From Hemiscyllium ocellatum (taxonomy: Eukaryota), in the NCBI RefSeq assembly GCF_020745735.1, contig NC_083429.1:49519877-49583876 (forward strand): DNA of 64,000 nt, in the 5' to 3' direction. The translations under genes and the position numbers were made by a program. Below the pieces are notes generated by a model. The model made no database searches and was not told where the DNA came from. It saw only the letters and a list, made by a program, of their open reading frames with translations. Positions 1-11,883 of the stretch are shown in pieces (position 1 is the stretch's first letter; each line of letters opens with the position of its first letter).

Positions 1-1635
1 ACCACTGAGTACACTGGTTTTTCCTTTATCTTCATTTCCTTGGTTTTTCCTGAGTAAACGAAGTCTATTTTTATGAACAGCCTTATCAATGTTCCATCAC
101 ACGGAGGCTAGTGGAGTAATGACAATATTATGCAAATCACTTGGCTCGAGAGTGAGCCTGCCCTGTTTAGTTCACACAGCAGCTTGTGTTTATGGACAAG
201 CTTTAACCAAGTGCTTTATTGTGTCAGCCTTGGTTAAGTGGCTCACGATCTGACAGTGGAGTCATAGCTTATGGGGTTCACACCCCGTTGCACGGGCTTC
301 AGCACAAACTCTGGACTAACACACATAGTCCATCAAAGATTTCAACTTTCTGAGGAGTCATAGCAACAAGGCTCCATCCATCGGTTTGAGCGTGTAACAG
401 ATTGAGCAGGGTTAAGAGCAGGCGATATTTCCCTGGTATCTTAGCCAACTGTTATCCCTCGATCCACATCATACATTGTCCAGCCATTCTTTCACAGCTA
501 TTTGTGGGATCTGCTGGTGCACACTGACCACCACAGTCCCTATTCACATAAAGTGACCACATGAAAACCACCTCATTGGCTGGAAAGCTTTTAGAGTCTT
601 TGAAGTGAAAGAAAGAAAATCTGCTGTTCTATAAAGCCATTAGTGTAGATGCTGTGGGGCAGTAATGGCCACTTGGAGAAACTCCGAAGGTTAGAAATCT
701 GGAAAGAATGATTGGATTCAAAAGAAAGAGAGAGAAGTTCATCCAATTGAGGAGAAAAACTAGAGTCAGGCAGCCCTACAATCAATTCCACATGCAATAT
801 CTGCAGGAGTGCCAGGTGTGTTAGCTTTTGGTCAAGGCAAAGACTGAAACTGTCCTAATAATCATCTTTTGCACTCAAACTAAGAGATGCAAAATTCATG
901 CAAACCATCCTTTGATCTGGAACCTACTGAACTGGCATCAAATATTGCTTTAATTGCTCACGGGTGCGATGGAGCTGAAACTCAGTCAACTTTCCACACA
1001 GGACAGACCCGGCTGACTTAACACTTCCAGAAATATCTCAGTTGCCATGTGCTGGTTTGCTGGACATGAGTGAGATTCAGAAATAGAACCTGCAGAACAG
1101 CTGCTCAAAGAGGTACCTAAACACACAAACATTAAACTTCCTTTTACCCCAGACACACGAGAGATCCTATGAATTGGGTAGCAACACAAACAAATTACAG
1201 AAAGACTTTTTTAAAATGGACATCTACTGGTGATGTTGTGAATTTTGTAAGGAGATTAAACAGGCCACATATTCCTTGAAAAAATAAGAGATTAAATTGA
1301 GAGCTAAAGGGATTCCCATGCACTAATTGCTAAAAAAAGGCATACTATTTCATAGAGTCAGAGTCAGAGATGTGTAAGAAAAAGACCCTTCGGTCCAGCT
1401 CATCCATGCTGACCAGATATCCTAACCTAATCTAATCCCATTTGCCAGCACCTGGCCCATATCCCTCTTAACTCTTCCTATTCATTTACCCATCCAGACG
1501 CCTTTTAAATGAGGGGCTGTAGAAAATAGATGATAGGTGTAGAAAATGCTTCAATTTGTGGGAGGGCCGGGGGATGGTGGGAAACTAAACAGAGGGTTTT
1601 TTTTTAAATGCTAAAAAATAGACAATATAATGTTT

Positions 1636-1868
1636 AGGTAAAAACAATGACTGCAGTTGCTGGAAACCAGATTCTGGATGAGTGGTGTTGGAAGAGCACA
1701 GCAGTTCAGGCAGCATCCAAGCAGCAGTAAAATCGACATTTCGGGCAAAGGCACTTCATCAGGAATACATGTATTCCTGATGAAGGGCTTTTGCCCGAAA
1801 CGTCGATTTTACTGCTGCTTGGATGCTGCCTGAACTGCTGTGCTCTTCCAGCACTACTAATCCAGAAT
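1636..1868. mobile_element. Palindromic hammerhead-bearing element (Penelope-like derivative)
   Basis: Inverted arms ~1671-1868 centred on aggaatac-at-gtattcct; TSD aatataatgtt at 1624-1634 and 1866-1876. Confidence 0.75.
1773..1808 (+). ncRNA. Minimal type-I hammerhead ribozyme motif
   Basis: ATTC CTGATGA A GGGC TTTT GCCC GAAA CGTC GATT; perfect stem II, weaker stem I. Confidence 0.65.
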
Positions 1869-4157
1869 ATAATGTTCATCTGTAATCTAGTTATCTGACT
1901 AATGCTTAACTTTTTAACTTTATTTCTTATTTTTCTAACTTTTACTATGAACCACTGTAAGATAATGTAATTTCTTTTTCATTGTTTCTCTATTTTGTAT
2001 CTAAGATTTGTATCTAGTACCTTGTACTGAAGATGGCATCATGAGGAGTGACTTTGTACACTTTTCCCTGTACTGCTGTACTTGAGTACACGTGACAATA
2101 AACCTAATTCTAATTCTATTGAATTATGTTCCAGATAAACCTATTTCCCTTTGGCAGTTTGGATCAGGATCACTCCAGCCAATGTTGTTCTCCTACACAA
2201 AGTTCAAAGAGCTGGTTATCATTCACTATTTAGACTTGCAGTTGTGAGTTAAATTAGCAGTGAGATTATCCCAGCACATGTGAACGCATACTCCAAATGA
2301 GTCACTGCTTCCAAGAGATCAAGAAAAGAGATTGGAAAATACTCCACATTTTAAATTTAAGATTAGATTACAGACTTATTAGCTGTACAGAAGGCTCCTT
2401 ACAAACATTCCCAAATCTAGACTGGAACTAAAGAGCAAACTCCAACTGTATAACACACAGAAACTCCTATTCAATGCTATCAGACACTTTCTCCAGCTTT
2501 GCTCACAGGAAACAAAGATGCACTGTTCTAACAGATAATACTCAATTCAAAATCAATACAGTCCTGTGCACAGTACAAAGAATGCAGAGGTCTAAAAGTT
2601 TAGTTTGAAAATATACACGCTGTGTTATTTCAGCCCATTTCTCCAAATTTACCAAACAAAAGGATTATTTTGCCACTAACATAGATAGTACTCTGCAATA
2701 AAATTTGTATCTTATTTTTATCAACCCTTCTTGAAATGTTAAATCACACCTCGATGGCCATCATATCCTGAGGTGGGACTTGAACCCGGGCCTTCTGTCC
2801 CAAAGGTAGGGACATTATCCCTGTACCATGAGACCCCACCTAGGATTTGTAATTGTTCACACATTTGAAAAGACCAATTCAAGCTACAATCGATAATAAA
2901 TCTGTTGATTAATCCTGAGATGTATCGTTTCAATAATCAATCATTTTTAATGTCCCAGTGTAGAATCCTGGGGAGATTGGAAGTCAAACTAAAAATAAAA
3001 CGAAATTCTCAGCAGGTCTGGCAGCATTCACAAAGAGGAATATTTCAGGTCGATAATCTTTCATCAGAACTGAAGAGAGACAGAAATCAGGTTTTAAGTC
3101 AATGAAAGGAGTGATGAGACAGGAAGAACTAAAGGTAAGGCTTGTGATAGTGGAAAGGGCAGGAAAAATTAACTCATATATTTCTAAAGGCAAAATCAAA
3201 TGAGTGGCATTGGATAGAGACAAGAAACAAAGGTTGAGTCCAAATGACACATGAATGGCTTTGGTGTTCAATTTACAATGGATTATTGGGATATCACTTT
3301 CATGATAAATAAGGTTAAGCAACATGATCCTCTGATTTTCAGGGTCTCTGAGCAGGTTTGACAAGGAGCAAGTTCTGAACCCCTGCTTCTGAGGTAGGAC
3401 AGGTGAATGAATGGTACAGAGAGGTGTCATCACTCATCTACATTCAGAGACGCAGCTTAATGACTTCAAAGCCTGACTGAAGCTTCCTCTACAAAGACTG
3501 CACTAAATCTACATTGTGCATGAATAATTTGAAACCTGATGCCTGGTGAGTGCACCATGATTTTGGAGTTAGAAGACCTACAGTCAACAAAGTTCTCCAT
3601 TCTCGTTTCACATCTGGGTCTGCTGGAGGCTCTTTGGTCAAGAAACTTGCTGTGATTAATCAGCACTGTTATATTACTGCTGCAGCATTTTTCGACAGAA
3701 TGGCACAAGATATATCTTTCTCACTATCCCTCTGACATGCTGAGTGCTTTCAATGTTTTCTCCAGCGATTCTTACACTCAAACAGAACTCAGATGAGTTG
3801 TTGATGGCTTCAATTTCAATCGCCCCAGTTGTTATATCACCCAAGCTCTGGATCAGATTACAGCCTCGTAATCAAACTCTGGGGTATGATCTATTTACTA
3901 AATAACATTAGCAGCCTAATTGCACTGCATACTAACTAACTGCAATTAATGTGCTAAATTTCACGCAACATTTCAATAACTGGCACATGACATAAAGTAA
4001 TGAAGGTAGTAAAGGTAAAATTACAACCTCCAAATGTTGAACTTAATTCTCCATTTTCACAGGGGTCATCAATAGCCCTCCTAAGTATGAGAGGGATTGG
4101 GCCATAAATGTCGCTCAGGAAGAAAGGATTAATTTTTCCACCACTCATTTCATGTTA

Positions 4158-4823
4158 GAGACCTTGGATTGCAGGTTCATAGCTCCTTGAAAGTGGAGTC
4201 CCAGGTAGACAGGATCGTGAGGAACGCATTTGGTATGCTTGCCTTTATTGGTCAGTGCATTGAGTGTAGAAGTTAGGAGGTTATGTTGTAGCTACACAGG
4301 ACATTGGTAGGGCTAATTTTGGAATGCTGTGTGCAATTCTCCCTGCTATGGGAAGGATGTTGTAAAACTTCACAGGGTTCAGAAAAGATTTACAAGGATG
4401 TTGTCAGGGTTAGAGAGTTTGAGCCATAGGGAGAGGTTGAATAGGCTGGGGCTATTTTCCCTGGAGTGTCGGAGGCTGAGGGGTGACCTTGTAGAGGTTG
4501 ATAAAATCATGAGGAGCATGAATAGGGTGAATAGTCAAGTCTTTTCCCCACGATGGGAGAGTCCAAAACTAGAAGGCATGGGTTTAAGGTGAGGGGAAAA
4601 AGGTTTAAAAGGGATGGAAGGCTGCAGAAGGTGGTGTGTGCATGGAACGACCTGCCAGAGGAGGTGGTGGAGGCTGGTACAATTGCAACATTTAAAAGGC
4701 ATCTGGATGGCTTAAAACCTGATTTCTGTCTCTTTTCAGTTCTGATATGAATAGGAAGAGTTTGGAGCAATATGGGCCAAATGCTGGCAAATGGGACTAG
4801 ATTTATTTTGGATATCTGGTCGG
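4158..4823 (+). mobile_element. CR1 LINE 3' fragment
   Basis: Degenerate ORF2 C-terminus (RVQKRFTRML...LGLFSLE...RGDL) plus 3'UTR. Confidence 0.9.
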
Positions 4824-6097
4824 CTATTTACCAAGTTCCAACTTACCAATGATTTGATATACCATCGACAACCGGGACTGCATCCTTCCTTGGGACAATG
4901 TCAACAAGGCTACATAGCTACGTAGAAGCATTAAATGCCATAAAAATGTTGGAAAAGCTTCACAAAGACAAAATTCGACACTGCCACATAATGAGATACT
5001 AAGGAAAATGACCAAGTTGTGGGTCTTGATGAGACTCTTAAAAGATAAAGCTAGATAGAAAGATGGAGGGATTTACGAAGGTATCTGCGAACCTAGAGCC
5101 TTGACAGCTGAGATCATGACCTCCAATAGTGGAGGGATTAAAACTGAACATTCTCAAGAGTTTTTCTAACAGAAAGTCAACGAGTGAAGGCTAGAACTGG
5201 GGGCATTCTTTACTTGCTATTAAATTAATTTATAAATTTCCACAGTACAAACATGCACCATCTAGCTTGACAATTGTGCTGTCATGTTACTGATGATGCA
5301 ATTTTGACCCACCTGACTGTGTTGTGGAGACAAGCCTCACAGATTATTCCATGAGTTTCAACAGTCAACCCAAGGAGAAAAAATACCAACAGATAACAAG
5401 AACTAACATTTTATTACAGGGCATTTAATATTCAATTGCAACATTTAAGAGGCATTTGGATGAGTATATGAATAGGGAGGGTTTGAAGGGATACGGGCCA
5501 GGTGCTTGAAGGTGGGACTAGACTGGGTTGGGATATCTGATCGGCATGGACAGGTTGGACTGAAGGGTCTGTTTCCATGATGTACATCTCTATGACTCTA
5601 CAAATAGAAGCTAAAGGTGATTGACCAACAATTTTTCCAGAGACAGCAAAAACCAGCAGAACTTTGACAACAATCCTTAAATGACCTTGGATATCACATG
5701 ATACACCAGTCTAAAAATAGCACAAAAGACCACTGTCAGCTTCAAGGAGGAGTTTACAGAGGCAGCTGTAGCTCACTGCAAATATTCTTCTCAAACACTG
5801 CCTTGCTGGCTGCTGGGAGAAATTGGAGTTTTCTTGTGGAAATGCTTTTTCCTTTTTTCCTACCTCCCCTTCCTGCTGCTCTCAAACAGGTTGGCAGTGA
5901 GGGTTCAGCTGGTAGCTGCTCCCCTGTCAGTTACAAACCTAATGACTTCCAGCCCAATCTCTCTCCACATTGGAAGGGTGTGGCTCACACTTGCCATAGC
6001 CCAAACACTTCCAGAATTTACAAGAATGAGGATGGGTTTGGAGTCGCAAGAGGAATCTGGAAATACAGACTTGCATTCTGTTTCTTATTTACAATTA

Positions 6098-6428
6098 TCA
6101 TAGAATCCCCACAGGATGGAAACAGGCCATTTGGTCCAACAAGTCCACACTGACCCTCTGAAGAGTAACCCACCCAGACCTATTCCCCTACCCTATAACT
6201 CTACATTTACCCCTGACTAATGCACTGAACCTACACATCCCTGAGAAGTAATGGTAATTTAGCACAGGCAATTCACCTAACCTGCAAAGCTTGGACTGTG
6301 GGAGGAAACCCACACAGACACGGGGAGAACGTGCAAACTCCACACAGACAGCCGCCTGAGGCTGGAATCAAACCTAGGTCCCTGGCGCTGTGAGGTAGCA
6401 GTGCTGACCACTGAGACACTGTGCCACC
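6098..6428 (-). mobile_element. tRNA-derived V-SINE (HE1-like)
   Basis: tRNA-like A/B-box head, V-domain (gtgtggagtttgcacgttctccccgtgtctg), CR1-like tail. Confidence 0.85.
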
Positions 6429-8004
6429 CCAATGTAGTACACTACTCCACTTTTTGCAAACTTTTCTATTTTCTCCCTCATTTGTGTTCTTAAGTCACAG
6501 GTTCCTTGCTGGAATTCTATCCGACTCAGGATAATTTTTAAGTCAGTGTAACTTGAAAGACTGAGTGCATTCAGGTTTAGAGGTGAGACAAAATGAGTCA
6601 TTACAGCTGACACAGAAACCCAAGTTTGCAAATGGGCATTTTTGGTGGGGGGAGAATGTCAACTTACAGATACAGCAAGCAGCTGCAAATACAATTAGTA
6701 TGTTCACCTTTATTGCGAGGAAATTGGAGATCAGTAAGAAAGGCTTTGATCTCCTTACCCAAGAAAAGCTAAACCCACCTTGCTAGGGGAAGGGTACAAA
6801 GATTCTCTTTATTATACTTTTAATGAAAGGGCTGCCAAGGTGGAGAAACTGAATGGAATGGGACGATGCTCTTGGGATTTAGAAAAAATAGAGCTGATTT
6901 TACTGAAAGGAAGTTCAACCTCCAAGGCAACCTTTGGCCTGAGGCTACCAGCCTCTTTCTCTGGTTGGAGTGTTCTCAAACTTATCTCACTATAAGGGAT
7001 TCAGCATCTTGGGTCGGATGAGAAATTTCTTCTGACAAAGGGTGGTGAATCTCACAAATTTTCCAGCCCACTCAGCCAGTAACAATCAGCTATTGTGAAC
7101 TTACAGCACAGGAAGAGGCCATTTCATCAACTCAGCCCTGATTGGTTATTGGGCTCTAACGAATCAAGGGATATGGAGACAGTGTAGGAACTTGGATTAG
7201 TCATGATCTTTCACAAACATATGAATGAGGAGTAGGAATAGACTATTCAGACCCCTCAAACCGACTTTGCCATTCAATAAGATCATGTACTTAAGGCACA
7301 AGATGAATTATAACCACAAAACTGCACTGCCGCCTACCCCCAATAACCTTTCTGCCTGACATCCATCAGAACAAATTTAAAAGGCATCTAATTGGGTAAT
7401 TGATTGGTAAGGGTTTAGATGGATATGGCAAATGGGACTAGCTTTATTTAGGATAGTTGGTCAGCAGGGATGAGCTGGACCATGCTACACATCTCTATGA
7501 CTACCTTTCAGGAAGAAAGTCCCAAACATTCATGAACCTCAAAATATTCACCTAATCTCTATTTTAAATGGTGACCTCGAGTTCTTCAGTCTCCAAAAAA
7601 AGTAAACATCCTCTTCAGCTCTTCCTTGACAAGAGCCATCAATAACTTTTATCTCTCAACCAAATCCCCTTTGATTTTTTTTCTAAACTCCAGCAGATAC
7701 AAGCCTAATCTGTCCAACATTTCCTCAATAAGACAACCTATTTATTCATTCATTCCATTAGGTAAGTGAACCTTTTCTGAATAGTTTCCAACATATCTGC
7801 ATTCTTTATATAAGGTAACAGCACAGTACTCCTGATAAGTTATAGGCAGAGCTCAGACAGCTGCAGGGCCTCCTCCAGCTCATTGTGTTATTTTCCAAAT
7901 CTGTCCATAACACCAGAGAGGTGAGAGGTCACAGAGCCAGAGTGGTACAGCACATTTGCTGGCATTTAGCCCATATCTCTTTAAACCCATCCTATTCACG
8001 TACC

Positions 8005-8185
8005 AGGAGAAAGTGGGGACTGAAGATCAGAGTCAAGATTGCGATGCTGGAAAAGCACAGCAGGTCAGGCAGCATCCGAGGAGCAGGAGAATTGACGTTT
8101 CGGGCAGGAGCCCTTCATCAGGACTTCCTAATGAAGGGCTTCCACCTGAAACATCGATTCTCCTGCTCCTCAGATGCTGCCTGAT
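8005..8185. mobile_element. Palindromic hammerhead-bearing element inserted in a CR1 fragment
   Basis: Inverted arms; TSD ctattca(c/t)gtacc at 7992-8004 and 8186-8198; the - strand arm reads CTGATGAAGGGCTCCTGCCCGAAACGTC. Confidence 0.7.
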
Positions 8186-8499
8186 CTATTCATGTACCTA
8201 TCGAAATGACTTTTAAATGCTGTACCAGCCTCCACCACCTCCTCCGACAGCTCATTCCACACATGTACCATGGACTTAAGTTCTAGGTCATCTATGCTCC
8301 AAATGATTTGTTTTTAAATTAATGCGAAGTGAGCACCACTGGCTAGGTCAATAGTTATTGCCCATCCCTAATTGCCCTTGAGATCATGGTGAGCCATCAA
8401 CTTGAGCCAATGCATTCTTCTGGGTGTAGGTACACACACAGAACTATTATAAAGGGAATGACAGAATTTAACCCAGTGACACTGGAGGGATCACATCAG

Positions 8500-8641
8500 C
8501 ATGTTGCTGGAAAAGCGCAGCAGGTCAGGCAGTATCCAAAGAGCAGGAGAATCGACGTTTCGGGCATGAGCCATTCTTCAGGATTCCAGCAACACATTTT
8601 CAGCTCTGATCTCCAGCATCTGCAGTCCTCACTTTCTCCTC
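8500..8641. mobile_element. Internally deleted palindromic element
   Basis: TSD gggatcacatcag at 8487-8499 and 8642-8654; the - strand arm carries CTGAAGA...GAAACGTC. Confidence 0.7.
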
Positions 8642-9152
8642 GGGATCACATCAGTCCCAAGTCAGGATGGTGAAAGCAGATCATAGCAGAGAATGATTGT
8701 GAGGGACTGAAAGACCGCCTCCTTTTCCCCACACCCCACACAATGGGGGTGGGACAGAGGGCAGACCTTTAAACCCTTAGCTCCAGTCCCAACATTTCCA
8801 AGCATCCATTAGCCCACCCTCACAAACAAACAAATCTATGCTCTGAATCCTGAGGAAGGGAGGCAATTTGTCAACAGAAGCCTCATGTAAAGGAAATGTG
8901 ATTTGAAAAAGAAACGTGAAAAGAGCAGCCAGGTGGCAAAACAAATCAAAGAACTGAAGATCTGAAACAAAAATATAAGTTGCTGGAGAAACTCTGGCAG
9001 CAGTGGAGAGACAGAAACATAATTAACTACTCAATAAAAATCGCAAGAACTGCAGATGCTGTAAATCAGAGGTAAAAACAATCTGTGATGCTGCCAGACC
9101 CGCTGAGCTTTTCCAGCAAATTCTGTTTTTGTTTTTGAAACAGAGTTAACGT

Positions 9153-9269
9153 TTGGAGTCCAGTGACTCTCAGAGCTGAGAGTTTGGAGTTGGAGTCCAG
9201 TGACTCTCAGAGCTGAGAGTTTGGAGTTGGAGTCCAGTGACTCTCAGAGCTGAGAGTTTGGAGTTGGAG
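9153..9269. repeat. 37-bp tandem repeat, ~3.2 copies
   Basis: Unit ttggagtccagtgactctcagagctgagagtttggag starting at 9153, 9190 and 9227. Confidence 0.95.
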
Positions 9270-9407
9270 CCCGGGAGAGAACTTTACAAAAGTGTTGACA
9301 ATGAAACATTTGTTGCCTTTTTTTAAAAATTCTTGGGAAATCCCCTTCACTTAGCGGAGAAAGTGTTACAAAGTATCTTCCGCCATGGTGGCCTGCTACA
9401 TTGTTAC

Positions 9408-9455
9408 CTTCTCCTCGCTCCCTACTCCGGCTTCACTCTCTCCCGCTGTCATCAT
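9408..9455 (-). CDS. USP28: Probable first coding exon of ubiquitin-specific peptidase 28 (USP25/28 family); the rest of the gene was not found and probably lies left of the window
   Basis: The minus strand reads ATG ATG ACA GCG GGA GAG AGT GAA GCC GGA GTA GGG AGC GAG GAG AAG|gtaaca = (M)MTAGESEAGVGSEEK with a phase-0 donor, at the edge of the only CpG island. The MTA start resembles human USP28 (MTAE...), a 15-codon K-ending first exon resembles USP25, and the head-to-head position next to HTR3B matches mammalian synteny. The identity is inferred from short similarity plus synteny. Confidence 0.6.
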
Positions 9456-9790
9456 CCCTTCTTCAGAAGACGAGAAGTTCGAGTCGGATCGCTCTTTCAA
9501 AACGGTCCCGATTTAATGTCTGCCTTTTGTTTTAAAAATTCTGTAGTTTCGTTCTATCTGTCTCTCTCTCTCTCCGGCAGCAGAGCGGGGAAGCGGAGCA
9601 ACAGCCGCCCTCCGCACGGCGGGACTCAGCGACAATCCAGCACACGCCCCCCAACCCCCACAGCTCTCACCGCCCACCCCCAGGGACAGCCCCCCATCTC
9701 CCCCCCCGCCCCCCTCCTTGCAAGGGGCGCGCACGCCGCGCGCGCCACCGCTAACCCCCCAGAGGGCACGCTCCCGGGCACGCGGATGAA
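9420..9790. promoter_or_regulatory. CpG island / promoter of the minus-strand gene
   Basis: Locally very high GC and CpG density (e.g. ggggcgcgcacgccgcgcgcgccaccg at ~9725-9750, C-rich GC-box-like runs) in an otherwise CpG-depleted window. Confidence 0.8.
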
Positions 9791-10493
9791 GGCTCAGTTT
9801 TGCTGTTGAGAGGCTGGGAAAGGATTTAAAGGCAAAACCCAAAACAAAGTGAGGGCTGGTGTGCTGGAGTGGTAGTGTCCCTTCCCCTGAGCTAGGAGGC
9901 CCGGGTTCAAGTTCCACTTCCTCCATATATATGTGTGATGTGTGTCCTCTCTATATATATATATATCTGTATGTGTGTGTGTGTGTTCCCCTCTGAATCA
10001 ATTGATTGAAAACAACGTTGACCTTAAAAACTGAAAGTGCCTCCGGATCTGAAAGCCTGAGTTCAAGTCCTACCCGGGTCAAGGTTTGCATCTGAATAGA
10101 TTGAGGGATAAGTGGCATGATACTGGTTTATAGTCCAACAGGTTTATTTGAAAACATAAGCTTTTGAAGGGCTGCCCCTTCACCAAGTGAAGTAGAGGGA
10201 AGAGTTCGAAAGCTTGTGATTTGCAATAAATCTGTTGGACCATAACCTGGTGTAGTGTGACTCCTCACTCTCTCCACCCCAGACCAACACAGACTCCCCC
10301 CACATCACAAACAGCTGGATACAAATCAAACCGGATAGTTCCTGGAGACTGGCAGCCTCTGTGGAAACAGAAACAGAGTTAACATTGTGAGTCCAATATG
10401 ACTTCTTCAGGACTTGGGACAAGAACTTGAATTCCTTTTTCTCTCTCTGTTAGACCCACTGGGTTTTCTCCCCTAAATTCTGTTTTTATTTCA

Positions 10494-10805
10494 GATTAGA
10501 TTAGACTAGATTAGATTTACAGTGTGGAAACAGGCCCTTCGGCCCAACAAGTCCACACCGACCCGCCGAAGCGCAACCCACCCATACCCCTACATTTACC
10601 CCTTACCTAACACTACGGGCAATTTAGCACGGCCAATTCACCTGACCCGCACATCTTTGGACTGTGGGAGGAAACCGGAGCACCCGGAGGAAACCCACGC
10701 AGACACGGGGAGAACGTTCAAACTCCAGACAGTCAGTCGCCTGAGTCGGGAATTGAACCCGGGTCTCAGGTGCTGTGAGGCAGCAGTGCTAACCACTGTG
10801 CCACC
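10494..10805 (-). mobile_element. V-SINE (HE1-like), young subfamily
   Basis: Near-identical to the copies at 29346, 52182, 56642 and 60265; (aatct)n tail. Confidence 0.9.
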
Positions 10806-11863
10806 CATCTCCAGCGTCTGCAGTTTTTATCGATTCAGCTCATGGGGTCCATGGCCAGGTCTTTGAATGAGAGGTTCCTGTTTCCCACTCTCATTTTTGC
10901 CCATACAGCAAATATTTTTTTCCTCCCTTTCATGTATCAGTTTCCTCTCTGAAAGTTCCTACTGATTGAAGGTTGTAAGGTTTTAAAAAAAATTCAAATC
11001 TCTGCTAATTATCTTAAATTGTACTCTTTTAGTTATACAGGATAAAAACAGACCCTTCAGTACAACCATTCCATGCTGACCAAACTAGTCTCACTTGCCT
11101 GCGTTTGGCCCATATCCCTCCAAATATTTCCTATTCACGTACTTATCCAAATGTCTCTAAATGTTGTAACCCTTCTACCCCTTGGAAACAGCTTCTTATT
11201 TATTCCCGTAAGGCTGCTTGTGATCCTTTTTCTCTTGTCACACAGTGTCTTGGAGCTTTTGGAATCAAAGGTGATGGAAGCAGAAACTCTAGATATGTTT
11301 AAGGCACAGGTAGATACATTCCTGATAAGCAGGAAGGTGAAATGTTATTATTATCGTTACTATCTATGAGTTACTGGTGTACACAAATGTGGAGTCATCA
11401 GATCAGCCCTGACCTTACTGAATGACACAGCAGGCTAGAAAAACTAATTGCAGAAGGAGACTTTGTGGTCCTCCTGTTCCTTACTTGTATAGATATTTTC
11501 TAATAAACTTGTTCAGAGATCTTATTATACACCTCTGGAACAGGTGGAACTTGTGCCCAGGCCTCCAGGCTCAGAGGTAGGTACAGTACCACATGCTGTA
11601 AGAGTCCTTATAAATGTACTTGTGTATGTATGATTTTGAACATCTCTATTATATCTCCTCCTCCTCGTCTCTGCTCAAAGGAGAACTTCTTCAGTGTCTC
11701 TACATAACTTAAGCCTCTCAGCCTTGGTACCTTTGGAGTAAATCACTCCTGCACTCTCTCTCAACATTAAAAAAATCACTCTTGACAATATTTCCGTTGT
11801 GACAAAATTGTTAATCCCTATTTTGTCCATAGATTGATCAATTAAGTATCATGCCCCAGCCCT

Positions 11864-11883
11864 CCCCCCCCCCCCCCCCCCCC
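11864..11883. repeat. Poly-C run
   Basis: About 20 consecutive C. Confidence 0.95.

Noticed and set aside
1-1120. Downstream USP28 exons (acceptor-like sites near 108 and 1117 on the - strand)
   Set aside because: No frame resembles USP25/28 exon 2 (LNQLREITG) and no convincing donor was found.
1636-1868. MITE (DNA transposon) or miRNA-precursor interpretation of the palindromes
   Set aside because: Asymmetric arms, variable TSD length and the embedded hammerhead motif favour a retroelement origin; no small-RNA evidence is available.
9153-9269. CRISPR-like array (37-bp period)
   Set aside because: Units are contiguous and identical with no unique spacers; eukaryotic context with no cas genes.
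9333-9926. 158-aa and 137-aa ORFs over the CpG island
   Set aside because: Stop-codon depletion from high GC content; low-complexity products with no homology.
10522-10866. Recurrent ORFs MWKQALR...THPYPYIYPLPNTTGNL (also 29359, 52148, 14727, 56791)
   Set aside because: They are antisense translations of V-SINE copies, not a protein family.
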